Part shown: positions 37,054 through 46,781 of the stretch, one piece after another
Layout: every line of letters begins with the position of its first letter
Numbering within the stretch: position 1 is the first letter of the stretch
DNA from: a virus
Lineage: Duplodnaviria; Caudoviricetes
Strand: one strand, 5' to 3'
IMG/VR virus record: IMGVR_UViG_3300021475_000018
Span: 1 to 52,603 of that record
Length of the DNA: 52,603 nucleotides
Notes under the pieces: generated by a model
Database searches by the model: none
What the model was told of the DNA's origin: nothing
What the model saw: the letters and a program-made list of their open reading frames with translations, nothing else
Program-made: the position numbers and the translations under genes

Positions 37054-39020
37054 TCATTTGCGCATCCTATCCGCTTCGTACCCCTCGCAATCCAGCGGCA
37101 GCCCGGCAGTCCACGGCCGCGGCCGGCGCATAATTTCGCGCATCTGCTCTGAGCGCTGCTTGGCAATGTGAGCCGGCGCCAGCGAGAGTATGCTATCATA
37201 GACATCAAGGACCAACACAACATCCGGCAGCTCGTTCTCTATGTCAGCTTCCGCCGCGGTCACCAAGTCACGCGTACAGCTTGACAGAAGATTTCGAGCA
37301 GCGAACCGCCGAAAGCTTTCTGTCGCATCATGGCACCAAACTTCGCCCGGAAAAACTGCATTTCTCCGGTTGGCGAAATGTGTGCAGAGTAGTGCGGTAC
37401 CGCGCGACCGGACGGCAACAACATCCACACCGTACCATGACTGTCTTTTTGGAACGCGATTTTATTGTTGACTGGGAAGATACGGCCGTGCTGTTCATAG
37501 ATCGCAAATTTGAAGGCATCGGCCAAGTCGTACCAAAGCCGTACGAGTAGCGGGTTGGCTTGGCGATAACCGTTGATATCGATCATGGCTTTTTGGTCGG
37601 TTATCTCGTGACGCTTCAAACCGTTTTCCGCGGCCGTACGGATAAGGAACGCGAGATATGTACGCCAACCGAGCTGATAGTTGCCGCCAAGCGTGACGCT
37701 CTTGAATGTCTGCCGTTCTTTTGGATGCGTGGATTTGGTAGCGGTTTCTGGCAGGTTCAGACACTTCCGAGCGTTGTACATATACAAATCGCTGCCCGGC
37801 GTCGCAATGATATTTAAACGTTCCGTGTCGCCAGCGAGCCAAAGCGCGAAACGCAATTCCGCCTGGGAAGCATCGTTATCGCATACCATCCAGCCTGTAG
37901 GTGCCACGATGCAACCGCGAAGGCAGTCTGTCAGGGCGCTATTGCCTAGCGACGTATGACCCTGCTTCAGCCGGTCAATAAGCTGGTCTATCGTGGCGCG
38001 GCCTTCCTTGCCGTCGTACTTGCCGGACGGGCGCGCAATGTTGAACATATTCGCGCCTTCGGATGTGCCGCGCCCCGATCGCGCGCCGAAGTACCGTGTA
38101 GCGTCTTTGTAAAAACCGTTGACGTGCCGGTCTAGCAACGCTTGCGCTTTAAGCGGCGCGGAGCCACCCTCCGCCTGCAACAGCTCCAGAACAATCCGTA
38201 CGTCTGGGTGCAGGTTTTCGTCAGTAAGTTTTTCCGCGATAATGTGCTTCTGCGTATTCTCCAGTCCGGCAGCGCGGTTACCGCTATTGGCCCAATCGAG
38301 TATCCGCTGCCGCTGCGAAAGCTTGGTCACCGCGTTGTTGGTGATTTCCATAAGCTTCGCGGTGCTCTCCTGCTCGATTTCTTGCCGACGCATCGCAATC
38401 GCGGTTGCCAGATTAATATCGATCGGGAGCCCGATTTCGTTTTTACGCCATGTGCGCTCAAAGATCAGACGTTCGGCCGGTGACAGCGGAGGCAAGCGTG
38501 CGTCAACATCCATGAGGCATTCAACGTCGCGCAAGTTGTACGCGAGCAGCTTGACGAACGTTTCGATTTTTTCGTGGAACGTGCCGTCTTTCTGCGGCTT
38601 GCACGTCAGCGTCACGAGCGCGCGGCCTTGCGGGTCTTTGCCCCGGATACCAAGCGCCATACATAATTCATCAAGGCCGCCCGGGAACGCGATAGCTTGG
38701 GCGCGGCCCATTGTGCAATCAATCTTGCTCAAATCGATTTGTACGAACGGATTTTGCCGCTTAATCACGTTCACGTCGAAATTGGCGTGATGCGCAACGA
38801 AGCGCCGGCATTGCCGGATATCTTCGTAAAAGTCCGCCATCGTATGGGAGCCGATAGACGGATGTAATGTGCATGCAGTTTTGTACACACCGCGGAACCA
38901 CCAACACGCCGTGGTTATCTGGGTGGATGGGCATGCTGCATAGCGTCGCGCGCCCGCCGTCTTCAGGTTCGTACGGCTGCGTGTTTCTACATCGGCGAAT
39001 AAGTCGTCAAGCTGCGGCAC
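37054..39020 (-). CDS. polA: DNA polymerase family A (3'-5' exo + pol), split by a -1 frameshift at ~37280
   Basis: DVETRS, AHHANFD, YN..DV; motif A DASQAELR; motif B KSVTLGGNY. Motif C (VYDS) and PWTAGLPL lie in the second frame. Confidence 0.88.
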
Positions 39021-39143
39021 GTAGCACGCTTTCAAAGTTGAGAGAGCGGGTAAAGCCCTTCGTCTGCCAATTCGATGCACCGCGCCGGGAAACCGGAAAA
39101 ATCGACGCGTTGACCATTCCCGCTACGTCCGGTTGACACTCTC

Positions 39144-39173
39144 AAAAAAGTGCCCGGGACCGAAACCCCGGGT
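39144..39173 (-). terminator. intrinsic terminator
   Basis: Minus strand: CCCGGGG-TTTCGG-TCCCGGG-CACTTTTTT. Confidence 0.65.
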
Positions 39174-39181
39174 AGTTCGTA

Positions 39182-40096
39182 TCAGCGCGAAGGCCAAGCA
39201 CCGCCCTGCGTAGCGGCGCCTGGGAAGGTTTGCTGCGGCTGGTTAGAAGGGAATGTCGCATTCCCATTTGGCGCGCCGGGCATCCCACCATGGGCCTGGG
39301 CACCCCCGAAAGCAGGCCCCGCCGTATTCTGAGGGGCAAACCCCCCTTGCGGGCCTTGATGTGGGTTCCCAGGGAAACCGTTGCCGTTCTGCGGTCCCTG
39401 GGGTGCCGTAAAACCCCCATGCTGCGGAGCCCCGCCGAAGCCCTGGGGCGCGGTCCCAAAGCCTCCGTTCTGCGGACCGCCAAACCCACCCGGCGACGGA
39501 TTGAAGCCCGCCGGCCGGTAGCCCTGGGCCTGGGCAGCCTGCATCAGCTCGGCTCCGCTGATCGAGTTGCCGATAGCGATTTCCTCGCCGGGCGCCGTGA
39601 ACACCACGTTGTTGATGTAGAGCTTGATTGCACGGGCATTCTGCGAGTTGACCGCCACCGCTCCGCCGACGATGCAGAAATCGCCGGGCTTCACGATGTT
39701 GCCGCGGGCCTGGAGCGGCACGAGCGTGGCGCCCTGGGACAGTTCGACTTTGATCGCGTCACCGGAATTACCGGAAAACATCCACTGGCCGCGCGCCCAA
39801 TCAGCCGGCGGCTGCTGGGGGTCTTGCGGCATGTCACCGTCACGAATGGGCCACGTCACTTGCTCGTAACCGAGCCCGCCCATGGTCGCGGCGTGAATTT
39901 TCTGCATCGCACCCCAAAGGTTCTGGAAGACGGGCTCCATAGACCAATGCGACTGCGTTTTCGGCACGAGGAAACCGCCGAGCCAATTTGGCTTCGTTGT
40001 CTGGCCTCTGAAGTCGGTGCTGGGTTGCCAAAGATTTTTCATTCCGTATACTCGCGCGCCGAAACACATAAAGTTTTCGTACTGCTTTTTCGCCAT
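39182..40096 (-). CDS. single-stranded DNA-binding protein (DUF2815/T7 gp2.5-like) with long G/P/Q tail
   Basis: WPIRDGD, I.PGD, IKLYINNV.F...GEEI; upstream of polA. Confidence 0.7.
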   Translation of the reverse strand: MAKKQYENFMCFGARVYGMKNLWQPSTDFRGQTTKPNWLGGFLVPKTQSHWSMEPVFQNLWGAMQKIHAATMGGLGYEQVTWPIRDGDMPQDPQQPPADWARGQWMFSGNSGDAIKVELSQGATLVPLQARGNIVKPGDFCIVGGAVAVNSQNARAIKLYINNVVFTAPGEEIAIGNSISGAELMQAAQAQGYRPAGFNPSPGGFGGPQNGGFGTAPQGFGGAPQHGGFTAPQGPQNGNGFPGNPHQGPQGGFAPQNTAGPAFGGAQAHGGMPGAPNGNATFPSNQPQQTFPGAATQGGAWPSR

Positions 40097-40173
40097 AGCT
40101 TCGTATCCTTCATTTCTTCACACCGGAAGCCGCCGGCACGGTACGCCAACCGTACAAGACGGCCGGAATTAGG

Positions 40174-40374
40174 TCAATCACCTTTGAAAGAAAACTCGCG
40201 AATTTTGCCGGTCCAAAAATCTTGCGCTTTGGCCGCAGCTTCACAGTCGGCTTTCGTCTTGCCATATGTGACGACGTGCACGCGTTTGCCATCCCACCCG
40301 ATAAGCAAAACTTGCTTCAGATTGTACTTGTCGGCGATATTTTCGGCTGCGAGTATCGGAATACGCTTTGGCAT
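40174..40374 (-). CDS. hypothetical protein
   Basis: Coupled ORF; HVVTYGKTKADC. Confidence 0.6.
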   Translation of the reverse strand: MPKRIPILAAENIADKYNLKQVLLIGWDGKRVHVVTYGKTKADCEAAAKAQDFWTGKIREFSFKGD

Positions 40375-40375
40375 G

Positions 40376-41365
40376 TCAGTATCTCGCTGTTAGTTCGCCG
40401 GGTGGTTTGTGCGCACCGACCGCTGCATATTGCTTGCCGGCGAGCCCTAGCTTTTCCGCCTGGGCCGGCGTCACGGGCTTGACGCCTTTGTATCCAAATT
40501 GCTGATGTAAGTACGTTGCGGCTTGTGTGGCGTCATTCCATACGCGCCATGAACGCTTCGGCTCCAGCGACGCGCCATCGGCTTGCCGGCCCATCTTCAA
40601 ATGCGTAGTCAGCGCATCCTTGTACACCGGCTCCACGTCGCCGAGCGCGCGGATAAGGCGCAACAGCCGTACAAGGTCTTCCGTCGTCAGGTCTTCAATG
40701 CGCCGTGTCATCGCGCCCATGACGAAACCGGCGTCGGTGGACATCGCGGGGCATTGCTGAAATGCCTTGCACCAACGGCACCACGGTCCAGGGCGCGGCG
40801 GGCTGCGATCGGCGATGGCGCGCAACATGCGGTCGCGGTGCGCTTCAACCTGGGAGCGATGCGCTACCCACTGTTTAAACGGTTTTTCGTCCAGTCCGTT
40901 CGGTTGGAAGATCACGAAGCGCCACCATTCGGCATCCGTCATCGGCAGCGCCATAGCGCCGTACGAGAGCATTTGCGTGTTGTGGTGCGCATCAACGTCC
41001 CACTTGCCGTTTTTCAAATCGAGCCAAGTGACGATGCGCGGCGCTTCGTTCCAAAGATCGGTCGTTCCGCCGCATTCTTCGGTAAGGCGGAGTTTCAATT
41101 CCGTATGGATGGTGCCGGGTTCTAGCTGCCGTACAAAATCAAGCCCTAGGGCGATGGCGTCGGCTGCGGTGTCGCCTTCTTCCGGCATTTCCATTTCGGA
41201 AATCGCCACTTCGAACAGCGTGTGTACGCGCGTGCCTTCGTCGGCGGCAAGCTTCGTCTTCAGCGGCTTCGGCGGTTCCGGCACGCTGTGGCGAGCGCTG
41301 TACGTGCACTCTAGCCATGTTGACGAACTGGACGGCGCGTAAATGTCGTGGTGTTGATCGGACAT
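40376..41365 (-). CDS. PD-(D/E)xK Cas4-like exonuclease (DUF2800)
   Basis: PSS...WLEC, EGT..H, GTTD, DLKNG, Q...Y, IFQP, PG.WCRWC.A...CP. Confidence 0.82.
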   Translation of the reverse strand: MSDQHHDIYAPSSSSTWLECTYSARHSVPEPPKPLKTKLAADEGTRVHTLFEVAISEMEMPEEGDTAADAIALGLDFVRQLEPGTIHTELKLRLTEECGGTTDLWNEAPRIVTWLDLKNGKWDVDAHHNTQMLSYGAMALPMTDAEWWRFVIFQPNGLDEKPFKQWVAHRSQVEAHRDRMLRAIADRSPPRPGPWCRWCKAFQQCPAMSTDAGFVMGAMTRRIEDLTTEDLVRLLRLIRALGDVEPVYKDALTTHLKMGRQADGASLEPKRSWRVWNDATQAATYLHQQFGYKGVKPVTPAQAEKLGLAGKQYAAVGAHKPPGELTARY

Positions 41366-41532
41366 TACTTCGCGCCTTTCTCGCGGAACCGCGTTGCAAG
41401 TTCCCCGAACGTGATCTTCTCGCCGTAGTGGTCAAAGACTTCTTCGATGTCCGGCTTTTCATCGCAGCCCAGCTCATTCATGGCGAGCTGTTCCGCTGTG
41501 AACCTTCGAAAGAAATCGTCTGCTCCGCACAT
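41365..41532 (-). CDS. 55-aa hypothetical protein (not in the ORF track)
   Basis: CAGGAG RBS; MCGADDFFRRFTAEQ...EKGAK; TAATG coupling. Confidence 0.6.
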   Translation of the reverse strand: MCGADDFFRRFTAEQLAMNELGCDEKPDIEEVFDHYGEKITFGELATRFREKGAK

Positions 41533-41732
41533 TGTACGTCTCCTGAAAATGGTGGCCGGGGTGACTAGGCTTCGCAGCCGGCTGCCTAGTCACCCTTGCG
41601 GCCCGCTGGCTATTTAAGGAGTGGAAGGCACCAACCCCGCGCCAGCGTTTTCGAATTGAGTGACTGGGACCGCAGTGCGGCTGCGGTCCCAGTATGAACG
41701 AAATCGGCCCGCGAGAGTACCGTTCCGTTCAA

Positions 41733-42215
41733 TCAGCCGCCCATCAACTTCGCCATGTTCTCCAACTGAGGCATGCCGAGCGTGGGAACCTTGAACTGCC
41801 AAATCTGATCCGGCGTCATGTTGGCCAGATCGGGCGTGTTGCCGCACTGGCCGCGGAGCCACGACAAGGCCTGAGCGGCGCTTTCCGTGCTCATGGCGGC
41901 GCCGGCATCGTACTTGGCCTTGATGCGCTCGATAAGGGCCGCAGCCGCGGGCGCTGGCTGGGGGGCGCCTTGCGGATGCGCGTTCGGGAAGCCCCCGCTT
42001 GCCGCCTGCCCGGCGCCGGGGAAACCGCCCTGAGCGGCGCCCGAGTCGAAAGTCTGCGTTTGGGGCGGCATGATCGGGTTTGGCGCGATATGGCCGCCCG
42101 CGGCACCCGCCGTACCGGTTTCGGGTTCGTCCGCACCGCCCTTGCCGCCGCGCGTGCCTTTCAACCGCTTGACAAATTCCTGCACTTCTTCGACCGAACT
42201 AAATTTCAATTCCAT
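41733..42215 (-). CDS. hypothetical replication-module protein
   Basis: TAGGAG RBS; promoter TTGACG-17-TAGATA near 42250-42277. Confidence 0.65.
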   Translation of the reverse strand: MELKFSSVEEVQEFVKRLKGTRGGKGGADEPETGTAGAAGGHIAPNPIMPPQTQTFDSGAAQGGFPGAGQAASGGFPNAHPQGAPQPAPAAAALIERIKAKYDAGAAMSTESAAQALSWLRGQCGNTPDLANMTPDQIWQFKVPTLGMPQLENMAKLMGG

Positions 42216-42299
42216 GGTGTTTGACTCCTAAAAGTTGTGAGACGCCTTATCTAGCGCGTGTCGTGAACGGCGTCAATAGGTTCACGATATCCGTACAAG

Positions 42300-43973
42300 T
42301 CATCTTTGATGCAAAACCCCGTGCACGTCATAAACGCCGCCGACAAGATACCGGCCGTTCTGCGCCCGCTTCAAATAGACCGAATGCGGCGCGGGCAAGT
42401 CTTCGTACGGCCAAATCGCTGTAGCATACATAGTCGTGAGCAACCAACCGCCCGCGCTGTTCTTGACCGGTGGGGAAACGATTTGCTGCCACGGGTTCTT
42501 TTCAATCAGGGCTTTGACGTTGACGGCTTCAGCCCCGCCGCCGCGCGTCTTCAGGTCTTTGCCCGGAGCCTGCGATATCGTGTTGTCGAAACCGCAGAAC
42601 GGGCACAGCGGGTGCAGGAACGCGGCGTACACTTCTTCGCATGCGGCACATTGCTTGACTTCAGTTTGCTGCTGTCCGCAATGAGGGCAGCGCATGCCGT
42701 GGAAATGCGGGTCAAAACGCTCCGTACACATTTTGCACTTGGGCGCGCTCTTGTGGATTTCGCCGCAGCCCGGGCACGTCTTGCCGTGCTCCCAGGTTTC
42801 CCACTCTCTGCCGCAACCGACGTACAGCTTGCCGCCCTTGGTGATTTCTTCGCATGTCAACGCGCGGCCGGGCGAGGCCATCACAGCGTCAAGCGTGCCG
42901 TGCCGGTCAAGATTGCCGCCAAAATCGGATAGTAGACAGTTGGCGGCGTACGGCGTGATCCGCGCACCGCGGCCCAAGCCTTGCGCGTAGTAGACGGCTG
43001 ATTTGGTGGCGCGACAGAAAGCCATATAATCGATATGCAGCATGTCAAAGCCGGTGTTGAACATGTTGCACGAAACTAGCAGCGGTACGGCTCGCGCCTT
43101 GAAGGCAATCACTGCCTTGTCGCGCTTGCCGGGTGGCGATTGCGAATGAACGCCAACGGCACAACCTGGGTGTATTTTATTGAGCTGCCACTCCAGCTTA
43201 TCGACGTGTTCGACATTGCAGCAGAACGCGAGCGCGCAACGCCGGTTAAATTTCGTCATTACTTCGATTATCGTTTTGGCGTGCGAAGGCGCGAGCTTGA
43301 TCGCCCTGGGCGCTTGTTCGTCGAGATCGAAGTCACCCTTGACAACAGCGAGCCCGGCAACATCGATTATTTCATCTTCGCCGGCATCGACGGGAACGAT
43401 GGGCTTCACGTAACCGTCGCGCAATGCGTCCAAGAAGGTGTAGCGGAATACGATCGGGCCGAACGTCTTTGCTAAATCGCCCGTGCCGTCGGCGCGGAAA
43501 GGCGTGCCAGTGAGCCCGTGGACTTTGGTGTGCGAGAGCTTTTCGAACAGCCGGCGATATTGCGACGACTTGGCCGGCGGCACCATGTGCACTTCGTCCA
43601 CCAAGATTGCAACGACGTCGCGGAACAGATTGACGCGGTTGATGATGGTGCCGATGGTGCCCACCGTCACGCGCGCAAAGGCATTTGTACTTATCGACGA
43701 CGAACAGATACCCGGGCTTATGCCGTGGTTCTTTGCCGCGGCGGCGTTGTGGCCTACCAGCTCTTTGTTGTGGGCAACGATCAGGACGCGGCCGAACTGG
43801 CTGTAATGTAGCGCCAGCATGCCCAGCATGTCGCTCTTTCCCCCAGCAACGGTTATTTCGGCCACCGAGAAGCGTCCCTCGTACGCGATCAGGGCGGAGA
43901 CGCCGGCCGTTTGGTGCGGCCTGGGCGTCCACAGTACGGGCGTTAGCGCTGTTGTGTTGTTCCAGAAATTCAC
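42300..43973 (-). CDS. SF2 DEAD/DEAH helicase with C-terminal Zn fingers
   Basis: PRPHQ, VAGGKS, DEVH, LTGTP, TGFD, Q.LGRG.R; multiple CxxC. Confidence 0.9.
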   Translation of the reverse strand: MNFWNNTTALTPVLWTPRPHQTAGVSALIAYEGRFSVAEITVAGGKSDMLGMLALHYSQFGRVLIVAHNKELVGHNAAAAKNHGISPGICSSSISTNAFARVTVGTIGTIINRVNLFRDVVAILVDEVHMVPPAKSSQYRRLFEKLSHTKVHGLTGTPFRADGTGDLAKTFGPIVFRYTFLDALRDGYVKPIVPVDAGEDEIIDVAGLAVVKGDFDLDEQAPRAIKLAPSHAKTIIEVMTKFNRRCALAFCCNVEHVDKLEWQLNKIHPGCAVGVHSQSPPGKRDKAVIAFKARAVPLLVSCNMFNTGFDMLHIDYMAFCRATKSAVYYAQGLGRGARITPYAANCLLSDFGGNLDRHGTLDAVMASPGRALTCEEITKGGKLYVGCGREWETWEHGKTCPGCGEIHKSAPKCKMCTERFDPHFHGMRCPHCGQQQTEVKQCAACEEVYAAFLHPLCPFCGFDNTISQAPGKDLKTRGGGAEAVNVKALIEKNPWQQIVSPPVKNSAGGWLLTTMYATAIWPYEDLPAPHSVYLKRAQNGRYLVGGVYDVHGVLHQR

Positions 43974-43985
43974 GGGAGTTAGCCT

Positions 43986-44255
43986 TCAGGTTCCGTGACG
44001 GCCGCATGTGATGACTGGCCCGCAGTACGGACACCGCGCGGGCGGTTCAACGATATTACCGGCGTTATCAAGCTCTACGGTTTCGAACCGTCCATTTCTA
44101 AAACACAGCGCTGTCGGCTTGTTCGGTTCGCGACCGCCCGTCAAGGTTTCGCGAAAAGATTTTTCAAGCGCAGCCTCGAAGTAGGCGCGCGTTTGCGGGC
44201 TGATTTCTTCGCTTCCGCATTCGATTACTTTATATTCGATGGTGTACTCGGTCAC
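43986..44255 (-). CDS. hypothetical protein
   Basis: Coupled ORF; C-terminal CPYC. Confidence 0.5.
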   Translation of the reverse strand: MTEYTIEYKVIECGSEEISPQTRAYFEAALEKSFRETLTGGREPNKPTALCFRNGRFETVELDNAGNIVEPPARCPYCGPVITCGRHGT

Positions 44256-44542
44256 GGCTTGCGCCCCGTCATGTACTGCAAATCGCGGTCCACGTACTCA
44301 CGTAACTTCGCGATGGTGGCATTGAGCACGTCCTCTTTGCCGACGTGCCTGCCGACGACAAGCAAAGCTAAGACGCCGGCCAAGCCGTTGACGTACTCGG
44401 CGTGTACGGATTTGCCTACGGCATGATCGCGGATGATGACGGGCGTGAAGGTCTGCAAGTGGTCCCGCATCGTGTCGCGGATGGTCACGGAAGCTGCGGT
44501 TTCGAGCCGCAGGCCCAGCTTGCCGTCTTTGTCGGTTATCAT
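44252..44542 (-). CDS. hypothetical protein
   Basis: Coupled ORF. Confidence 0.55.
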   Translation of the reverse strand: MITDKDGKLGLRLETAASVTIRDTMRDHLQTFTPVIIRDHAVGKSVHAEYVNGLAGVLALLVVGRHVGKEDVLNATIAKLREYVDRDLQYMTGRKP

Positions 44543-44797
44543 TGCAACATCCCCGTTGGCAGCTCAACCCATGCTGCGAGCCAAATTGCGGCGAGACATA
44601 GCACGCCGCACAGTTCGAATGCAATTTGAGTTTTGGTCACGATGTCACCTTGGGTTCGTCGTAAACCGTTCCTTCAACATCGCCCAGTAGTTCCAACTCT
44701 TCCCGGTGCGGCGGGATGCTTTTGACGCGCTCGCGGGACATATCGCCGATGATGCGGACCAGTGCGTAGCGGGCGATGCGGTCGTGTTGCTTCTTGT

Positions 44798-44980
44798 TCA
44801 TGACCGCGCTCCCTTGATACGTTCTTTCATTTCGAGGCGGTTCCTCAAATCACGCGCCTCGGCAAAAGCTTCCGTTCTTTTGACAAAAGCAGCAGTCGTG
44901 TTGACGATGCCACCTTCGGAATTGCGAACTTGTCCAACATAGCCGTCTTTGGTCCAAGTTGTTGTAATGCGGTATGCCAT
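44798..44980 (-). CDS. hypothetical protein
   Basis: MAYRITTTWTKDG...; GGAG RBS. Confidence 0.55.
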   Translation of the reverse strand: MAYRITTTWTKDGYVGQVRNSEGGIVNTTAAFVKRTEAFAEARDLRNRLEMKERIKGARS

Positions 44981-44985
44981 GGCCC

Positions 44986-45189
44986 TTACTCCCAATTCGC
45001 GGCAAGGCAGGTAACCGCGGTCATGCCAGTCAGGGCAAGGCGGGCTTCGGCGTAGCCGGAACGCATCTGCAAGCCCAGGTAATACGAATAGGGCTTGGTG
45101 ACGCGGCCGTTGGCCTTTGACCATGCAAAGTCTTCCTTGGCGCGGGCGTGGGCTTCGGTCATGATCTTGGAAAGAAGGGGCTTGAACAT
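44986..45189 (-). CDS. hypothetical protein
   Basis: Preceded by start cassette copy 3. Confidence 0.65.
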   Translation of the reverse strand: MFKPLLSKIMTEAHARAKEDFAWSKANGRVTKPYSYYLGLQMRSGYAEARLALTGMTAVTCLAANWE

Positions 45190-45191
45190 CT

Positions 45192-45249
45192 TCGCTCTCC
45201 AGCGGGTTTGTGTGTACATATCTGTACAGAAGTCCGCTTAACCCGTCAA
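45192..45249 (-). promoter_or_regulatory. promoter plus CCGCTGGAGAGCGA cassette (copy 3)
   Basis: TTGACG-17-TACAGA; motif 45192-45205. Confidence 0.75.
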
Positions 45250-45273
45250 GCGTTATTTTCAACTTTTTGAAAA

Positions 45274-45582
45274 TTAATGCAGGGCGTCCCAAAATCCGAC
45301 GATTAGGCCCTCGTCGTCTTGCAAGAAACCGCCGCGCTCCAGCCGAACCCATTCATTCCAGCTCGGATAGGACGTGTATATACGGCGCCATGGGCTATCC
45401 GTACTCTCGATTACCGCCAGATTTGGCGTCTCAAGAGGTTCAGTTTGCTGGCAAATGTCCACGCAGGCCAGATAAGCGCCCCGACCGGGCGGGCGAGTAT
45501 GGATGGCACGTATCTCGTTGGCATATGCCGGGGGCGCTAGAGGGCTGCCGGCGACGAATGAGAAAGGCCAATAGCGTGTCAT
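45274..45582 (-). CDS. hypothetical protein
   Basis: GGAGG RBS; ATGA coupling. Confidence 0.5.
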   Translation of the reverse strand: MTRYWPFSFVAGSPLAPPAYANEIRAIHTRPPGRGAYLACVDICQQTEPLETPNLAVIESTDSPWRRIYTSYPSWNEWVRLERGGFLQDDEGLIVGFWDALH

Positions 45583-45917
45583 GGCAGTACCTCCAAACCT
45601 AGTTCGTGCGCCGTCTCCCAAACCTGCTTCACAAGCTCGCGTACGGACGCAATGTAGGGCGTGTTTGGCTGGGGCATGCCGACGTCCTGAAATTCGAGCG
45701 TGCTGCCGTCCGTGAACTTGCACTCTCCCCGTGGGATGATTTGACCCCTGGGCGTGTTCACAAGCCGTTGCAGCGCCGGATGCTTGCTATGGACCAGTAC
45801 GCCCGTGAGCTGTACGGCAATGGCAAAATCACGTTGCAGGGCCGCCACCTTGTCTTCAGTGGTCGGCTGCGCCGGTACGGGCGGCTCCCAGGGGTATCGT
45901 TGGATTTCGTTGCTCAT
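45579..45917 (-). CDS. hypothetical protein with N-terminal YPWE
   Basis: MSNEIQRYPWEPP...; coupled ORF. Confidence 0.6.
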   Translation of the reverse strand: MSNEIQRYPWEPPVPAQPTTEDKVAALQRDFAIAVQLTGVLVHSKHPALQRLVNTPRGQIIPRGECKFTDGSTLEFQDVGMPQPNTPYIASVRELVKQVWETAHELGLEVLP

Positions 45918-46067
45918 TCTTTTTTTACCCACTGCTGGCAGCTGTCACTTCCGTATTTGACCGTGCCGAGTTTCAAACACGGCGCTTTCTGCTTTCCAGT
46001 TTCGTCGGCAGCTCCAGCGCTGCCGTACCACATGTTGCAGCGTGAACACGTACGGAGCGGAAGCGGA

Positions 46068-46340
46068 TCAATCAGCATTTCTGTCATCCTCGATTGGAGC
46101 GCATTCATCGCAACGCAGCTCTCCGCCGTCGCTGTCTTGGCCGGTTTCGTCCGTACCGCACCACCAACCGCATCCGACGCACTCAAATACGAGTTGGTCA
46201 AGCGTGGCGCAAAACGTTGCGTTATCGACGTACTCCGCCGGCAGTTCAAGTGTTTCTAAAACTTCAGACAGCGATATAGTGGTATCGCGAATTTCATCCG
46301 CAACTAGTTCTGCGGCTTCCACTGGTCCGATCGTTCCCAT
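46068..46340 (-). CDS. Zn-finger hypothetical protein
   Basis: CVGCGWW...CDEC. Confidence 0.6.
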   Translation of the reverse strand: MGTIGPVEAAELVADEIRDTTISLSEVLETLELPAEYVDNATFCATLDQLVFECVGCGWWCGTDETGQDSDGGELRCDECAPIEDDRNAD

Positions 46341-46599
46341 GGTAACGCCTTTCGTAAGTACGTTGCATCTTCAGGATAGATTATCGCGCCTAAATCTTCG
46401 TTATAGGCGTCTGTCCAAACCACGGCAATAGTTCCGGCTTCAACGACAGTGACGGTTCCGCGGCTAGCGCCGGAACAGACAACATCGCCCACGGCATACT
46501 TTGGAGGCTCAGATGCGTGGCTCCAAGGATACACCGCTTTCCGTCCGCTGTCGTCTTGCCGCATTTGCAAATCCCGTCCCAGTCTTCCCAGGGGAGCAT
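46304..46599 (-). CDS. hypothetical protein(s); two overlapping frames, possibly one frameshifted gene
   Basis: MLPWEDW... starts 2 nt after the upstream stop; the -1 frame carries YPWS...LPWE. Confidence 0.45.
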
Positions 46600-46601
46600 G
46601 G

Positions 46602-46781
46602 TTACCCTTTTTCAATGATGCGTCGCGCCGCCATCATCACTGTGGCTTCTTCCGTTATGGAAGGGCGGCGCTGTGTTGCTGCATACGTGCTCCAGTACAG
46701 CAACACGAATTTGTAGCGTTCGGCGCATGTCGAGCATTCGCACCGATGATCGTTGCCGTCTGGCGTGACTAATTTTGCCAT
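46602..46781 (-). CDS. 59-aa hypothetical protein (not in the ORF track)
   Basis: GGAG RBS; MAKLVTPDGNDHRCECSTC...IEKG. Confidence 0.55.
   Translation of the reverse strand: MAKLVTPDGNDHRCECSTCAERYKFVLLYWSTYAATQRRPSITEEATVMMAARRIIEKG

Noticed and set aside
40376-41365. Cas4-like gene as evidence of a CRISPR system
   Set aside because: A standard phage DUF2800 nuclease in the replication module; no array or other cas genes seen.
41540-41720. tRNA in the structured intergenic region
   Set aside because: No cloverleaf, T-loop or CCA arrangement.
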